A program made the translations under genes and the position numbers. DNA of 63,056 nucleotides, counting the filler, from Atractiella rhizophila (taxonomy: Eukaryota), in NCBI GenBank assembly GCA_021432655.1. It is 9 parts of 7 records of this genome, joined end to end, with 100 filler letters (N's around TTAATTAATTAA, not from the genome) between each part and the next. Parts side by side here need not be neighbours in the genome. Positions count along the whole stretch, not along the records: positions 9,837 to 16,604 come from MU271620.1; positions 16,705 to 47,237 come from MU271620.1; 7 more parts are not named here. One strand, given 5' to 3'. The first letter of the stretch is position 1; every line of letters begins with the position of its first letter. This document shows positions 12,064 to 24,820 of the stretch, piece after piece. The notes beneath the pieces are model-generated. The model did no database searches, was not told the origin of the DNA, and saw only the letters and a program-made list of their open reading frames with translations.

Positions 12064-12871
12064 ATGGTCAGTCGTGAGCTGCTGGCGGAGTGTATAGGGC
12101 GCTGACAGGATGTTGTGCATGGCAGGGTATCGACCTCAAGAAACACCACGTCAAATCGGGCCACCGAAAGGCCCCAGCGTCGGAGGACCCATACCTCCTT
12201 CTGCTTGTGAAGGTGCTTTTTTCTCTTCTCTTTGGGTTGCAACCCATGTTGAGTTCTGGATGGAATAGCTCTACCGCTTCCTCGCTCGCCGTACCGATGC
12301 CCCCTTCAACAAAGTGATCCTCAAACGACTCTTCCAATCCCGCATCAACCGACCTCCCGTATCAGTGTCCAACATCGTTCGTCAAACAAAAGGAAAGGAA
12401 GGCAAGACTGTCGTCGTCGTCGGCACCATCACTGATGACGCGAGGATTTACGAGGTTCCTAAGCTCTCCGTTGCTGCCCTCAGGTTCACGAAGACGGCCA
12501 AGGCGAGGATTGAGGCAAATGGAGGAGAGGCTATCACGCTCGATCAGCTCGCGACAAGGGCTCCCACCGGTGCTAATACCGTCTTGTTGAGGGGTAAGAA
12601 GACGGCGAGGGAGGCAGTTAGACATTTCGGCATGGGACCGCACAAGGTTTGTCTTCTCTTCAAATGTTTATTTTTGTTGGGCATGCTGCAAAAATAAGGA
12701 ACGGAACTGATGAGTGGGTGGTTTTGTGGGAGAATAGCACAAGAAGCCATACGTCATTTCCAAGGGAAGGAAGTTCGAGAAGGCCAGGGGACGAAGAAAG
12801 TCGCGGGGTTTCAAGTTCGTTTATTCTACCTCTCATAGGGAACTGTTTGTTGATCATGATGCAGGGTATAA
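12064..12871 (+). CDS. RPL18: 60S ribosomal protein L18 (eL18)
   Basis: ATG-only first exon, then [29 protein letters not shown] / LYRFLARRT / [17 protein letters not shown] / [11 protein letters not shown] ... [10 protein letters not shown]. Confidence 0.97.
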
Positions 12872-13303
12872 ATTGCAGGTCGCCGTCTTCGAGGCCATTA
12901 CATTACCATCATCTTCTTCATTCTGTATGCCATACTCTGGTGAAAAGTATGATCATGCCTATGCTCCATCTTCAGACAGTATCGTCTTGTTCCGAGTTCT
13001 GCTCATGATCCAAACAATTACCTCGGCATGCCTCAACGTGGCCAGCTGCATAGAGTAATTCTGAGTGAACCCGTGCCTAAGTGCAGGCTATTAGATATGC
13101 AACAAGCGAAAGTGCGGTTGGTAACGGAAAACGCAAGTGTCAGAGCAACAACCGGCCGTTCGGTACTTTGCACTGCTGATCCGACTCTAGGAAGGCAGGC
13201 GACGAAACGACCGTCTACATAACATCCGTCTCTCTTTTCTTTCCCAATCACTTCCCCCTTCTCACCCTTACCTTCCTTTATTCCTTCCTTAAAACCAATT
13301 ACA

Positions 13304-14754
13304 ATGAGGTTGCCGTTGTGGTTCTTCAACCTTTTGAATCTCGCATCGTTGAATGAGTCGGATGAGGATGGAAGCGGGTTGAGGGTCAAGACATGGAATA
13401 GGCAGGCTAGGAGATTGGTTAGGGGAAGTGTGAGAGCCTTAGAGAGGGGAGAGGGGGTGGGAGGATTTGTCAGGTGAGTTTTTGGACATGCACAGAAGGC
13501 AGGGTTGGTTGACTGCTCTGTGTCGTGAAGGTTGGGTGAGGAAGGGGGATATGCTGGCTTCGATATCCGGATGGAGCAGAACGTCGAGGAGGAGGGCATC
13601 AAATTCGTCCTTAGGACCCATGTGGACGAGTTCTTAGATACTGAGACAGGGGAGAGAGAGATTCTTCTTTCGCTCAACACAGTTGACAATTCGCTCACTT
13701 TTGAGACAAAGGTTCGCGTTCTTCTCTTTTTTCCTTTCTGGATGTTGACTTGTCGCGCTAATTGATTTTACTCAACAGACATACCACCTCCCACTCCCTT
13801 CCTACGCAGACAACTCACTGTTCCTCTTTCCCCATTCTCTTACCTACGAAACCTCTTCCCCCTTTTCTCGACGCGAGGAGAACGAGGAGCGTGCAAACAT
13901 CACAGTTTCACTTGTGAAGCTATTGAGTTCAGATGTAGAAGAGAAGGATGCTGAATGGAAGGAGATGGAGAAGAGGAGTCAGTTCCGATTCATCATGAGG
14001 CCGAAGAGGAAGGAGATGTGGACTATGCAATTGTCCATCCCTGTGCGTCACTTATCTTTCCTCATTCATGGCAATTATTTATCCCACTGGAATTGTAAAG
14101 GAAACTTCTGTCTCGGTTCCATTGTTCAACATCACACGTTCCCCTTTCACCCAGTCATACTCTCTCCATCCACCACGACGCTCATCACTCTCCCGCTCCC
14201 AGCATCGCCATCGGCACCATTTCTCCACCTTGTACCTGCTCTCCTCCCTGTTCTCTGACACTTCTCCTCCCCTCTCCACTAACGAGCCTTTCGACCTCTC
14301 CGACCTCTTACCCTCCAGTGCGAAGTTTCTGAGGATCCAGTGCAGGAAGGACGGGCGCAAAGGGATCGTTCGAGTCGAAGGAGAGAGTGACGCAGTAGTT
14401 GAGAAGGATACAGATTGCGCAGCGTGGGAGGCGGAGATGGAGCGGATGCGCTCGTTGGGTGCTCCAAATCGCCGACCCTCTTCTCGACCGTCTCCAAGAC
14501 CTGCTTCCCGACCCACTTCCACTCCCACGAGCACTCCTAGCGCGAAGAAACGAAAGGGAGCGGTTTTCAACTACTTTTACCGTCTATCCCTTTTCGCTCT
14601 CCTCTTCGGTCTCCCCCTCTTCGGACTCCTGTCTATCATCGCTTCTTGCCTTTGTACAGACGAGGAAGAAGAAGGACGGATACGACTTCCTGATGATGAT
14701 TCGGAGGCCGTACTCATTGACATCTTCGTCGACGAGGAGGAGAAGGACTCTTGA
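13304..14754 (+). CDS. Hypothetical protein with a C-terminal transmembrane helix
   Basis: ATG at 13304; donors at about 13474, 13712 and 14043. Last exon has hydrophobic LSLFALLFGLPLFGLLSIIASCLC then an acidic tail. Internal exon structure not fully resolved. Confidence 0.5.
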
Positions 14755-15281
14755 TTGATTGTGTAACTTTCTGGTTGTTTTTATGGACACTTCGTTCTTT
14801 CTCGCTGCTTTCACCGGTTTAGACTGTGCCTTTCGCAAAACCTTATCTCTGCTTTCGTTCATGCACAGCGTAGAGTTTCCCTCGTTCTTCAGCTTTGAAC
14901 GGACATTTTAGGATTCGTTTTCCCTTGCTCTTTTCGGATTGAGAAGATGGACAGTTCACTCGTTCCTTTACTTGCCAAACATTGTTTTGGCTTGTCACAA
15001 ATCTGTTCAGCGGTTGTTTGTCAAAATATAGCCTGCAGCATTCACTCATTACAACTGTCTCTCGTTTGAAGTTTACTCAAATAACTACTTTACCGCTGCT
15101 GCCTAGCCTTATTTACCACCGTGAACTAGAACTAGTAGATGGAAATAAAATATCCTCATTCTCTTGCACACAAAGTAGTAGTATTCACAGTGCGTGAGGA
15201 CTAGATAACGGAAAAGAGTCAAACATGGAATAGAACGAACGGCGCCGTGTAGCAGAAGAACTGGTTGTGATGCAAGTTGCT

Positions 15282-16604
15282 CTAGAGAACAGCAGGAGGC
15301 ATCTGCAGAAAGTGTCAACAAATATAGTGGGAGAGGGGTCTAAAATCGCACCTTTTTCATTGCTTGCCGAACTCCCAGGTCTCCCAAAACCTCCTCGGCA
15401 CCACCTAAAACGACAAATGTTCAATCTAAAGCTTTGAAGAGGAAGAGAGCGGGAGGACGAACCCAAAATTGAATCGAATTTGTAACTTCGTTGGAACATC
15501 TCGACGTGCTTGCCCATTCCGGTCTTGGTGATTCCTCTGCAAATCCAACGTCAGTTACCGTCCACTTCGTCACCTGTAAAATGGAGGAGGGATACTGACC
15601 TGCCACCGAAAATCTGAACTGCCTCGTCTGCCACCTCATGGGCAATCCTGGTGAGGTACTGTTTGAGGAGAGCAATCTGGCCAGCGACCAGATCGGATTG
15701 TTGGGCGTAGTTCATGTGCGTCACTACATCCATCCAATCAACTCGTCAAAAGGATTCTTAGATTGAAGAAGGAAGAAAACGCACTTTGATAGGTAACGGT
15801 TTCTAGCCAGCTTTGGCCGGCTTCGACCTTGGCGAACATGTGGGAGAATTTTTGGCGGATGACGGGTTGAGAGATGAGGGGTTTGCCGAACACTTTGCGT
15901 TGATGAGCCCTACGTTTCCCACAGGTGTCGGTGGAGCCCAAAAAGACGGAAGAATGCAGGAGACTAACCATTTGAAGCACTCTTCAACGATGGCTCTTGT
16001 TCCACGGGTGACACCACAGCACATGACCCACCGTTCTGCCGATTCCTTCAGCACCAGGTCATGAAAATTGAGACGGGAGACATACCGTGATTGAAGTTGG
16101 ACAAGATAACATAAATACCCTTGTTCTCTGGCCCAAGCGTGTATTCCACTGGAACCTTCACATTGTCGTAGGTGATGTACGCAGTGCCAGCCGCCTTGGA
16201 ATAAGACGTCGTCATCTGCTTCGTTTCCACACCTTCAATTCGGGGAACAAGGATGGCGGTGAGACCTTTGCCAGTGTTGCATCCCTACAGATAGGCCTTT
16301 AATTTGGTTCTTGCGTAAGCGATTGGGATGGCACATACAGTGGTGAAGTAGTCTGAGAACTGGCCGTTCGTGATCCACTTCTTCGTTCCATTGATGATCC
16401 AAAACTTTCCATCCTCCGTCTTCGTAGCCGTACACCTCAGCTGCGCGACATCAGAACCAGCGAAGGCTTTCCAATGTAACGTCAGGATTGTCCCACGCAT
16501 TCAAAGACGAAAAGCTCACCTTCTGAAATGGCAAGTGAGATGAATTTCTCTCCCTTAAGGACGGGCTCAATGACCTCCTTCTTCACCGCTGGAGAACCAA
16601 AGTT
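15282..16604 (-). CDS. Acyl-CoA dehydrogenase (5' end lost at linker)
   Basis: ISLAISE/AFAGSDVA, WIINGTKKWITNG, ILSNFNH/ERW, QRKVFGKPLISQPVIRQK, ADEAVQIFGGR, ILG/GAEEVLGDLGVRQAMKK/MPPAVL*. Confidence 0.93.
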
Positions 16605-17050
16605 NNNNNNNNNNNNNNNNNNNNNNNNNNNNNNNNNNNNNNNNNNNNTTAATTAATTAANNNNNNNNNNNNNNNNNNNNNNNNNNNNNNNNNNNNNNNN
16701 NNNNGAACAGTACGCAAGCCACACTTTCCTCCGATGAAAATCACTGTGCAAGAAAATTTATACCCTTCCTCATAAATCTTTGTTAATGAAGGATTGTGCT
16801 TGCCTCTAAACGTCTCGAACGACGAACATTACAATCCCTTTGTTTCTTCACTGTGCCCAAGTGGGAATTTGGTGTTACATAGGAATGGATCGATTCAATG
16901 ATAAAAGAGCAGGACGAGGTCTCTGGTCAAATGCTTTCCTGAGGAACGTTCTGCTTTGCCGTGTTTCTTCGGGGTCGCTCCCTTTTAGTTCTATCTCTCC
17001 CGAACTCAATGAGCCTGATATTCAATTGTGTCATAGGCCTCTTTGAAAAA

Positions 17051-19943
17051 ATGTCCACAAACGCATCCGACAAGCGCAAACGCATGCGAGCGCTACGGTC
17101 CATCCCTTCCGGTGCCTCGACGTCGACGACTCCATCCTCCTCAGCGCAAGCAAATCTCTCAGTCCCAGCCTTTCTATCCTCGCGGTCGCACGAACTCGCC
17201 TCCTTATCCCGCGCCATTCACAGTTCCAAAGAAGCGTCGAATAAACAAGCTTTCCAGACCCTTCCTCGACATCTCAAGCGAAGAGCAGCGAGCTGGAATG
17301 TCAGACGCGTGCCAGAGCGGTTGAGACAGAGGGCTAAGAGGGAGCTTGACCATAAAAAGATGGGGACGAAGAAGAAGAAGGGGAAGAAGGGAGAAGACAT
17401 GGCAAGGTTTGTACGGCCCTCTTCATGTAGGATCGAAAGACTGAGAAATGTATATTAGATGGGCCAGGAGACAAAGCGAGAAGAAGTGGCTTAACACTCA
17501 TCTGTGGCATGCTAAAAGAATGCATATGGTCGACGTATGGGGATTTAGACTAGTAAGTATCTCTTTAGTACCCATTAATTACATTCAAGATGCTTCAAAA
17601 TGAAACGAGGCAATATTGACCTTTGGCTGTCAACTGCCTGAGCTTCTCATGTTGTGAATCTTTGACGAAAGGCTATTATCAGTGGCTATCATGTAGTTGT
17701 TGTTGGTGACCTGATTCCATCATTCTGCTGCACTCCATGTAATCAAGGGCCCTGAGGCACAGTCCCATCCTCAATACTTCGATCTTAATCAGCTACTAAT
17801 GGTATCCCAGGCACACCGACCGACAGAGAAGACTCACCGCGCGACGTATCGTGCCTCTCTGCACGGATGCACCGTCCACGACGCATCCTACGACAGCATC
17901 ATCGAAGTTGAGTGGCCACGTTCCTGGCTCTTGAACCTCTTAGACGGCATCTTAGACCCTGGAGAAAGACGGTGGCTATCCTCCCTCCTTCATTCTCCGC
18001 GTGCTGATTACTCAAGCTAGCGATGCGAGCGGGAAGAGAGTGATGAGAGTTACCGCCTACGAATGGAACGCATATCCGAGAGGGGTCATTGGGCCGTTAG
18101 AGATAGTCTTTCAACCGGAGCAGGAAAACGAAGAGAGTTCCAAACTGCTTATCATTGCTCATGTCCGTTTGTTCCTTTCAATGACCTTCTATGCTTTAGC
18201 TGTCTTGACATGTTGAGTAAACAGCCTCTCCAGCAGTCGCATCTTCTTGAGGTACTTGCGGAAGGAGCAACAAGATTCTGCGAGAAACTTGGGACGAAAG
18301 ATATCGAGAGACCTATCGCCATCCGTGTTGCGTCAGATGATATTGGAGTACTTCATCTTGGTGGCGAAAGGGCACTCGAGGTTTTGGATGCGTGTGTACG
18401 CAGCACAGGCATGGCATGTGACATGGTATGTTTTATTAGCGAATGGAGATAATCTGATGCATTGCGGTGATTAGGAATGGGAGGAGATCAGAAAGTTAGG
18501 TGTCGATGCGATGCCCAATAACACGGTCGTCGGATTGCAAGTTTGGGATCTTCGACTCAGGTGACTTCAATACTCTCATTTCAGCTTGAAAGGTGAAACT
18601 GCTGACAGCTTCCCACCGAAACTCAAGCACGCCTCGGAGCCCTCAGACGGGGAACTAGATTATGCGAAAGTGTTCAATGGTACCCAGCTGGCTATGGGCA
18701 GGTTATGGGAGCGAGATGAAAGAAAAGGTCCAAAAGCGACGAAGAAAGACCTGGACGAATTACGGTCAAAGGCAAGTCGTCATAGCGCCTTCCCTTGACA
18801 AACTAAATGCCATAATCTCAGGCGCTTATCCCTTCTGCACCACTTCAACCAACCGATGGATCTGACCACCTCCCCCTGCTCCTACTTTTCTCTTCTACAT
18901 CGTTATCGAAGAGGATAACGATCCTACACCCCCGGCCTTGGACAGTCCCCCTCTTTCACTCTTTAGTGTACGTCCAACCACGTGTACTAGGACTTCACAA
19001 TGTACGGCATGTTGCCCTGGAGGCGAATGAGCCTACCTGGCCAGCAGACTGGCTAGGCGATGACAGCAGTAAGCTCGACGAGGGAGGGAAGGAGAAGTGG
19101 GGGAAACGACCTCGGGGAAAGTGCGAGCTGCCGAATGGGTTGGGAGAATTATGGGACGACGCTTTTCGGCTCTGGCCTCTGAACCAACGTCCTGATGAGG
19201 CAGTCGAAGGAGATGAAGAAGAGATGGATGTCGATCATGTCGTTGAGGAGGAGGAAGACGATGTAGACCAAGGACTCGCCCCAGAGGAAAAGGAGGAAGA
19301 GCCCCTTTGGATCCGCGGTGCTCTTTGGCAATCTCTCCCCAAAAATCCTTCCCTAGATATGCTTTCTAGTGAAATAGCTCGCCTCCGAAAATCACGAGAT
19401 ATGCCGCCTCTGGATCCTCCTCTCTCTCCATCAGACCTGAGCAATTGCATTGTTCCCGTTCGCCTTGAACCTCTCTCCCGAGGCACGGTCGAACCCTTTG
19501 CCTTCGTCTATTCCATTCGGAACCCCAAGACTTCTCCTTACCGTGAGAAAGGTACGAAGACAGGTTGGAAGGAAGTGATTGAAGTGGATTCTGAAAGTGC
19601 ATTGGATCTCATTGGCAGAGTAACGAGTGGGGGTTACTTATTAGCCGAAGGTAAAGGGGGTGGAATTGGATTTGTGAAGTTGCAGACTTGGAAGGAAGCA
19701 GCGATCTGCGTCGTTAGGAATAGGGAGAGTCCTGTAGGTTGGAAGGAAGTGATTGAAGTGGATTCTGAAAGTGCATTGGATCTCATTGGCAGAGTAACGA
19801 GTGGGGGTTACTTATTAGCCGAAGGTAAAGGGGGTGGAATTGGATTTGTGAAGTTGCAGACTTGGAAGGAAGCAGCGATCTGCGTCGTTAGGAATAGGGA
19901 GAGTCCTGTAGGGAGAATGTGCAGAATGTTAGGCATAGTGTAA
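17051..19943 (+). CDS. POP1: RNase P/MRP protein subunit Pop1
   Basis: R-box AFQTLPRHLKRRAASWNVRRVP, W-box WLNTHLWHAKRMHMVDVWGFRL, HDASY, and C-terminal LIGRVTSGGYLLAEGKGGGIG..VRN. Confidence 0.93.
17606..17781 (+). ncRNA. Candidate structured RNA inside the 258-nt POP1 intron (17553-17810)
   Basis: Intron is about 4-5x the typical length here. Nested complementary segments seen by eye: CGAGG..TATTGA/TCAATACTTCG, CCTTT..GTCAA/TTGAC.AAAGG, CCTGATT/AATCAAGG. Confidence 0.4.
19562..19909. repeat. Perfect 174-nt in-frame tandem duplication in the last POP1 exon
   Basis: 19562-19735 is identical to 19736-19909; GWKEVIEV...RESPV (58 aa) appears twice. Confidence 0.95.
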
Positions 19944-20464
19944 ATAGGCATAGTGTAAAAGAAGACCTCCATTGTTCTGCACTATTGACTTTTAGTATCG
20001 GTGGCAGCATGTCCATACTTGATGGCACCAAGATAACATGCTCTTCCCCTTGGCTCAGTCAGCTGTGCGATTACTAGTAAGCCAGTGGACTAGTGATCAT
20101 TACTGTTAGGGGGATGCAGGATCAATGTGCTGGTTACTGGAAACTATCTCGATGTCCGATGTATATGGCAGATGTCTATGGGGAAGAATTATAAAGCATT
20201 GTTTGCAGAGTCAAAGGGAGGAGAGAGGTAACTCTAAGCGAGTGCGACTATGTTGTAAGTGGTCCATCCGTGTCCTTTAAGAACTGAAGAAATGACGGTG
20301 CTGTCAACAAACCGATGCATCGCACAAAGAAATGCATCAAGGATTTCATCGTTTTGAGTGCGGATGTATTGACGAATTGTTATGTTTGCCCATAACAGAT
20401 AGCTGAAAATACATTATGATACTGAGGACAAAAAAAAACTGAATCTTTACTGACTGTTAGCCGT

Positions 20465-23133
20465 CTAAATATCTATTGGCATTGCGGCTTTTTCGTCATC
20501 TTTAGGTTTTTCGTTTTTCTTCTTGATACTGCAAGAAATAGGTTAATGCACGACCAAAGGGAATAATGAACACAAACTTGACGCTATTGATGCAAAGCGC
20601 GGATATAAAGGCAACGCCTCCCGCGCCAATGCCTATTCTCAATTGAGTCCGTCAGATCCTAAGGAGTTTTAACAACGCACCTAGTAGATAGACGTAGCTT
20701 AGCGCGTTGACATACTCGTGGACAATAGCAGGCCTCTGCTCCACGGGAACAACAGTGTAAATAGCTTGCACAGAAAGCTCGACGGCAGCTAAAACGCTGG
20801 GATCATAAGTTCCTTCCCGCGCAATGTGATCCAGGTTGGCCGAAAGCTTATTCCCAAATATTGTTGCTGCGATAGAAACGCCAACAGTGGTTCCCAGGCG
20901 TTGAAGGAAAGCAAAGCAAGCTGAGAATAAATTGAGGTCTCTGGGATCTTTGGTATTCGCTTGAACGGAGATGAGCACGTTTTGGAGGGCTGAACCGAGG
21001 CCGTACGCTAAGAGCACCTGAAAGCCGTACAACTTGGAGTCGTCATGCTAGTCCCACCACGGTTAAGTCTGGTACTACTGCCTTGGATTTATCTGACCTC
21101 ATCGATTGTGAAAAACAAGCCGGAAGCGATACAGACGACTGGAGGGCCTGAAGCGATAATCCAGAAAAAGTTTCCGGTTTTCTTAACGAGAATGCCCGTA
21201 ATAGCAGAGAACACAATGACGCCGCAGAGGAAAGGGAGCAGGTCGAGACCGGACTTGGTTGCAGAGTGGTTCTTTGCCGCCTGCCAGTTGATCGGAATCC
21301 AATAACAGAACACAATGCTAGCATCCTCGTCAGCATCACTTCAAAAAGGCTCCGCAAGAAAATAGGACACACAAGGCCAAAAACACGAAAAAGCTCGTCA
21401 CTCCAGATGCCACCTGTGTTCGGTGCGTGAAGAAGTTGAGAGGGATAACACGCTGGGGTCCAGCGATGTAGTACTCGTCTGCTCAGATGCTTAGTTCCCA
21501 GCTCGCATGTATACACAAGGGAAGCAAACTTACACGGGATGAGTACCGCAAGAATCACCCCAGAACCGACAAAGCAGCCGATGACACGACCGTCGTTCCA
21601 CGGGTAATCATTGCCACCCTGAGGTTGAACTTCGTTAATATGCATTCGAATGAGTGTAAAAAAGCTGCGCACCCATTGAAGAGCGAGTAACAGGCAAGTA
21701 ACTCCTGAGTCTCTTGTCAATTCAACTCCTTAGCAGTGTCCCAGAAACATTACCTCCGAGAAGCAGAGTGGATCCAACCCAGTCCAGTGTCATCAACCGG
21801 AAGAAGAAGTTGGTCGCGGGAATGTCTCTAGCTCCAAAGACACCAAGGAGCCATCCCATCCTACGCCTGGTCCGGTCCACCATTTCTGGTGAGAGCGCTG
21901 GTGCCGCAGCATTCTTGATGATAACGACGATAACTGCGATACTCAGACCACCAACCGGAAGATTGCTGGAATAAGTTAATGTTGAGTCCTACTCCCGACG
22001 GATGAAAGCAGACTTACACTAGGAAAAGCCTAAGATTGACCATTCATGGAAATGAAGAGGATGAAACGTACTGTAAAAACACCATCTCCAGCTAACATGG
22101 TCAGTGAACGCGCCTCCGATCAACGGCCCAATGATACTCGATAACCTGCGAAATCGCACCGCGTTATAAAATGGACATTCCAACAGCGGTGGGAAAGACG
22201 TGCCCAAAAACGCCTCCAAAGCCACCTATCATGACTTACGTCAGACAGGAAAGCAAGTTAGGAAATAACCAACCGAAGAAAACTGGTCGTTGCTCGAGTG
22301 TCGTGATCTCCGTGATAATGGATAGAATTGAGACGAAAATTGCTATCGAATGTATCAGTGAGAACACGGGAAGGAGGAAACAGCACGCATACCTGCTGCT
22401 CCTACACCGGCCACTGCTCGTCCAAAGATGAGTAGCTATGAATCCGTCAAACTTGTCACCAGAACTGCAAGGGGGAACGAACATTGACAGTAGTGGATAC
22501 ACCACATAGCAGTGATCCGATTTCGAAAATAATGACGGAGCTGATGAAGATCCATTTACGATCACAAACGTTCAGCACGGTTCCCCAAAAGAGCATAAGG
22601 CCACTCTGAGCACAACCCTTTAGGGGACATTTCCCTGATGAGTGAGAAGAAACCAACGAACTTGAGTCCTTGAATCAACGATAGGTCAGTTCATGTTTTA
22701 TGGTAGAAGAATACACCAGCTCACAGGAAGTACGCAGAGGATACCCATCCGATTTCATTGAGAGCGTTGAATTTAGAGACGATGACTGGCAGAGCAGGCG
22801 CAAGAATCGTTTGATCGAGTGCAACAAGGAAAATGGAGAAGAGGAGAGAAAAGTAAACAGCCTGTCAAACTTTTAGGATGCTTTTCACTCAAACATGGAA
22901 GGAGTAGAAGGACGGACCCAGAGCTGAAATCCATGAAGAACTTTGGAATCTGGATCGTCGACTGCTTTCTTTTTCTTTTCTTCTCCGCTATCCTTCGCTC
23001 CATCGACATCTTCGGTGTCGTTCTTCAACTGTTTCTCGTCCTTTTCAGATGAGGGGGATTGCGGTAACTTCTCATTGTTATCCTCTGAGGCACGGAGGGG
23101 CTCATCTTTGAGAGTGGCAGCTTCGTCGATCAT
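20465..23133 (-). CDS. MFS drug:H+ antiporter (DHA2, 14-TMS, azole/toxin-efflux type), copy A, apparently intact
   Basis: [12 protein letters not shown]..., [91 protein letters not shown]; many short introns. Confidence 0.9.
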
Positions 23134-23317
23134 GTTCGCTCGCGATGGGGTATAGTGGATAAGGGGAAACAATTGGAAGAAGAATGATATGCTAGAAGAA
23201 TGATATGCTAGCTTGCTCAGAAGTGCCCCAATATTTATGTCTGCTCAGTCAAAAGGACCTGACTGCCGGAGCTTGCCTCTGTACTGACGAGTCTGTCGGC
23301 ACCAGTCAATGGTTCGA

Positions 23318-23353
23318 CGCGGTTGCGTTATATAACGCGGTTACATTATATAA
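23318..23353. promoter_or_regulatory. Duplicated 18-mer CGCGGTTRCRTTATATAA containing a 14-bp palindrome and TATA-like cores, ~190 bp upstream of MFS copy A
   Basis: Copies at 23318-23335 and 23336-23353; palindrome GCGTTATATAACGC at 23325-23338. Confidence 0.45.
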
Positions 23354-24584
23354 GGAATCAGGAAATTTGTGCAATACAGTGAGGTATTTTGACAAGTTCA
23401 AGGAAGTTTTAACCCCGAAGTCGAGGAAACGTAAGCTTCTTGCAAGCATCCCGTAAACATGTGGCAGAAATAAGCACTACTCGGAACAATGGTTTCCCTT
23501 GCTGCGACGCCTTCAACGCCCATGCTCTACGATGCGGCTTTATTCCCGCTGAGTCGAGAGCTGTCATCCTCATCAAAGCTCTCGCTCGAAACTACTTAAA
23601 ATAACATCGCCGAATCTTTCCTGCTTGTGCTTCCCTTCCAGCTTGCAGGCTTGCAATTTGGAAGTTTGATGTAAAGTATGGACTACTAGTTGGCTTTTCG
23701 GCCCTGAAATACAATGCTGAGCAAGTGTGTCGGTAACCTTACGAACGGACAACAGACAATGCGCTGAAGTAGTAATATTTTTTCATTGTTCACAGTTTTC
23801 AGTAGGAGAGGAGATAGAAGCGGGGCTCCTGACACTGCGATGGCGAGCTTGGGATAGGTCTCTTTCGAATTCAGATAGCCGAGCTCATTACATTGAACTA
23901 ACCAGTCGAACAGGGTCAAATGCTAACGAAGAATCCAAATGTCAATGGGTATCAGCATGAGTTGATCTGTCATCTCCGACTGCCTCTGCGCAGATTGCTG
24001 AGAGGAGCTGAAAATGTTCGACGAAGAAGCATGGCTAAAAGGGGAGCCTCTGTTCCTACACCGCTATAGAAAGATTTCCCTCTGCATCTACTATAAACCA
24101 TTCTCCAAAATCAAGCCTAGACACAGAACCTCATCCGAAATCAAGAGGGGATTCATGAGCTGAAATACCGCTAATAGCTGCCAAGTAGCACTGTCTAGAC
24201 GAACATCAGAGTGCCTTGCAACATATCTCCATATATTTCAATATTTTTGAGGACTGGCTTCGGAATGTTCCGTAGGTAAATCGCACAGAACTCGGAGTGT
24301 AGTGTGAACAGAATATAGCGTCAACTGCGTGCTCACCTGCTTCCCAGAACGAAGACAGCTTTAGCGAGCTGAGCCAATACTCTGTCTAAAACTCACCAGA
24401 ATACCCTGGAATACTCACTACTTCAGTGTCACATATGTGTCGCATCCAGAACCGCGATTGTAAAAGCAGGACTCCGCTTGGTGTTAGTCACGTCGTAGTA
24501 TGAATCTCCGACCGCCGGCGTTCTCTCAGTTCAGCGCCATTTCCAGCTCAGAATAGCATCTCCGTCGTTCGTGCAACCTTACAG

Positions 24585-24820
24585 TTCGACGCACGCGGCT
24601 AGGATCGTGCGCAAACGGACTTGCAGACAAGCGGCTCAAAAGTGGGTTGGATTAAAGAGAAACGATTGGGTCAATGAAGACGGGAAGAATGTATGTCGTT
24701 GAGCCTATAACCTAATTTCCTGCACTTTTCGTGAATTTCGAGTATGTCAGGAGTTATGTGCATTTCTACTCTGGAATGTGTGGCCAAGGCACACAAAATG
24801 GTTGATGTGAAAATTAGGCC
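24585..24820 (+). pseudogene. Degenerate copy of the 5' exon and start of the intron of the Nudix hydrolase gene
   Basis: 24621-24820 aligns with 30420-30615 (TTGCAGAC..AAGTGGGT..CGATTGGGTC..GAAGACGGGAAGA.TGTATGT; TGCACTTTTCGTG; GAGTTATGTGCATTTC). It carries a frameshift relative to the intact gene. Confidence 0.85.

Noticed and set aside
12707..12740. CTGATGAG in an RPL18 intron as a hammerhead ribozyme core or snoRNA C box
   Set aside because: No stem II/GAAA partner and no D box; the position fits the branch point.
17553..17810. POP1 intron as RNase P/MRP RNA itself or a TPP riboswitch
   Set aside because: The CR-I/CR-V (P4) consensus and the TPP aptamer core are not present; kept only as a generic structured-RNA candidate.
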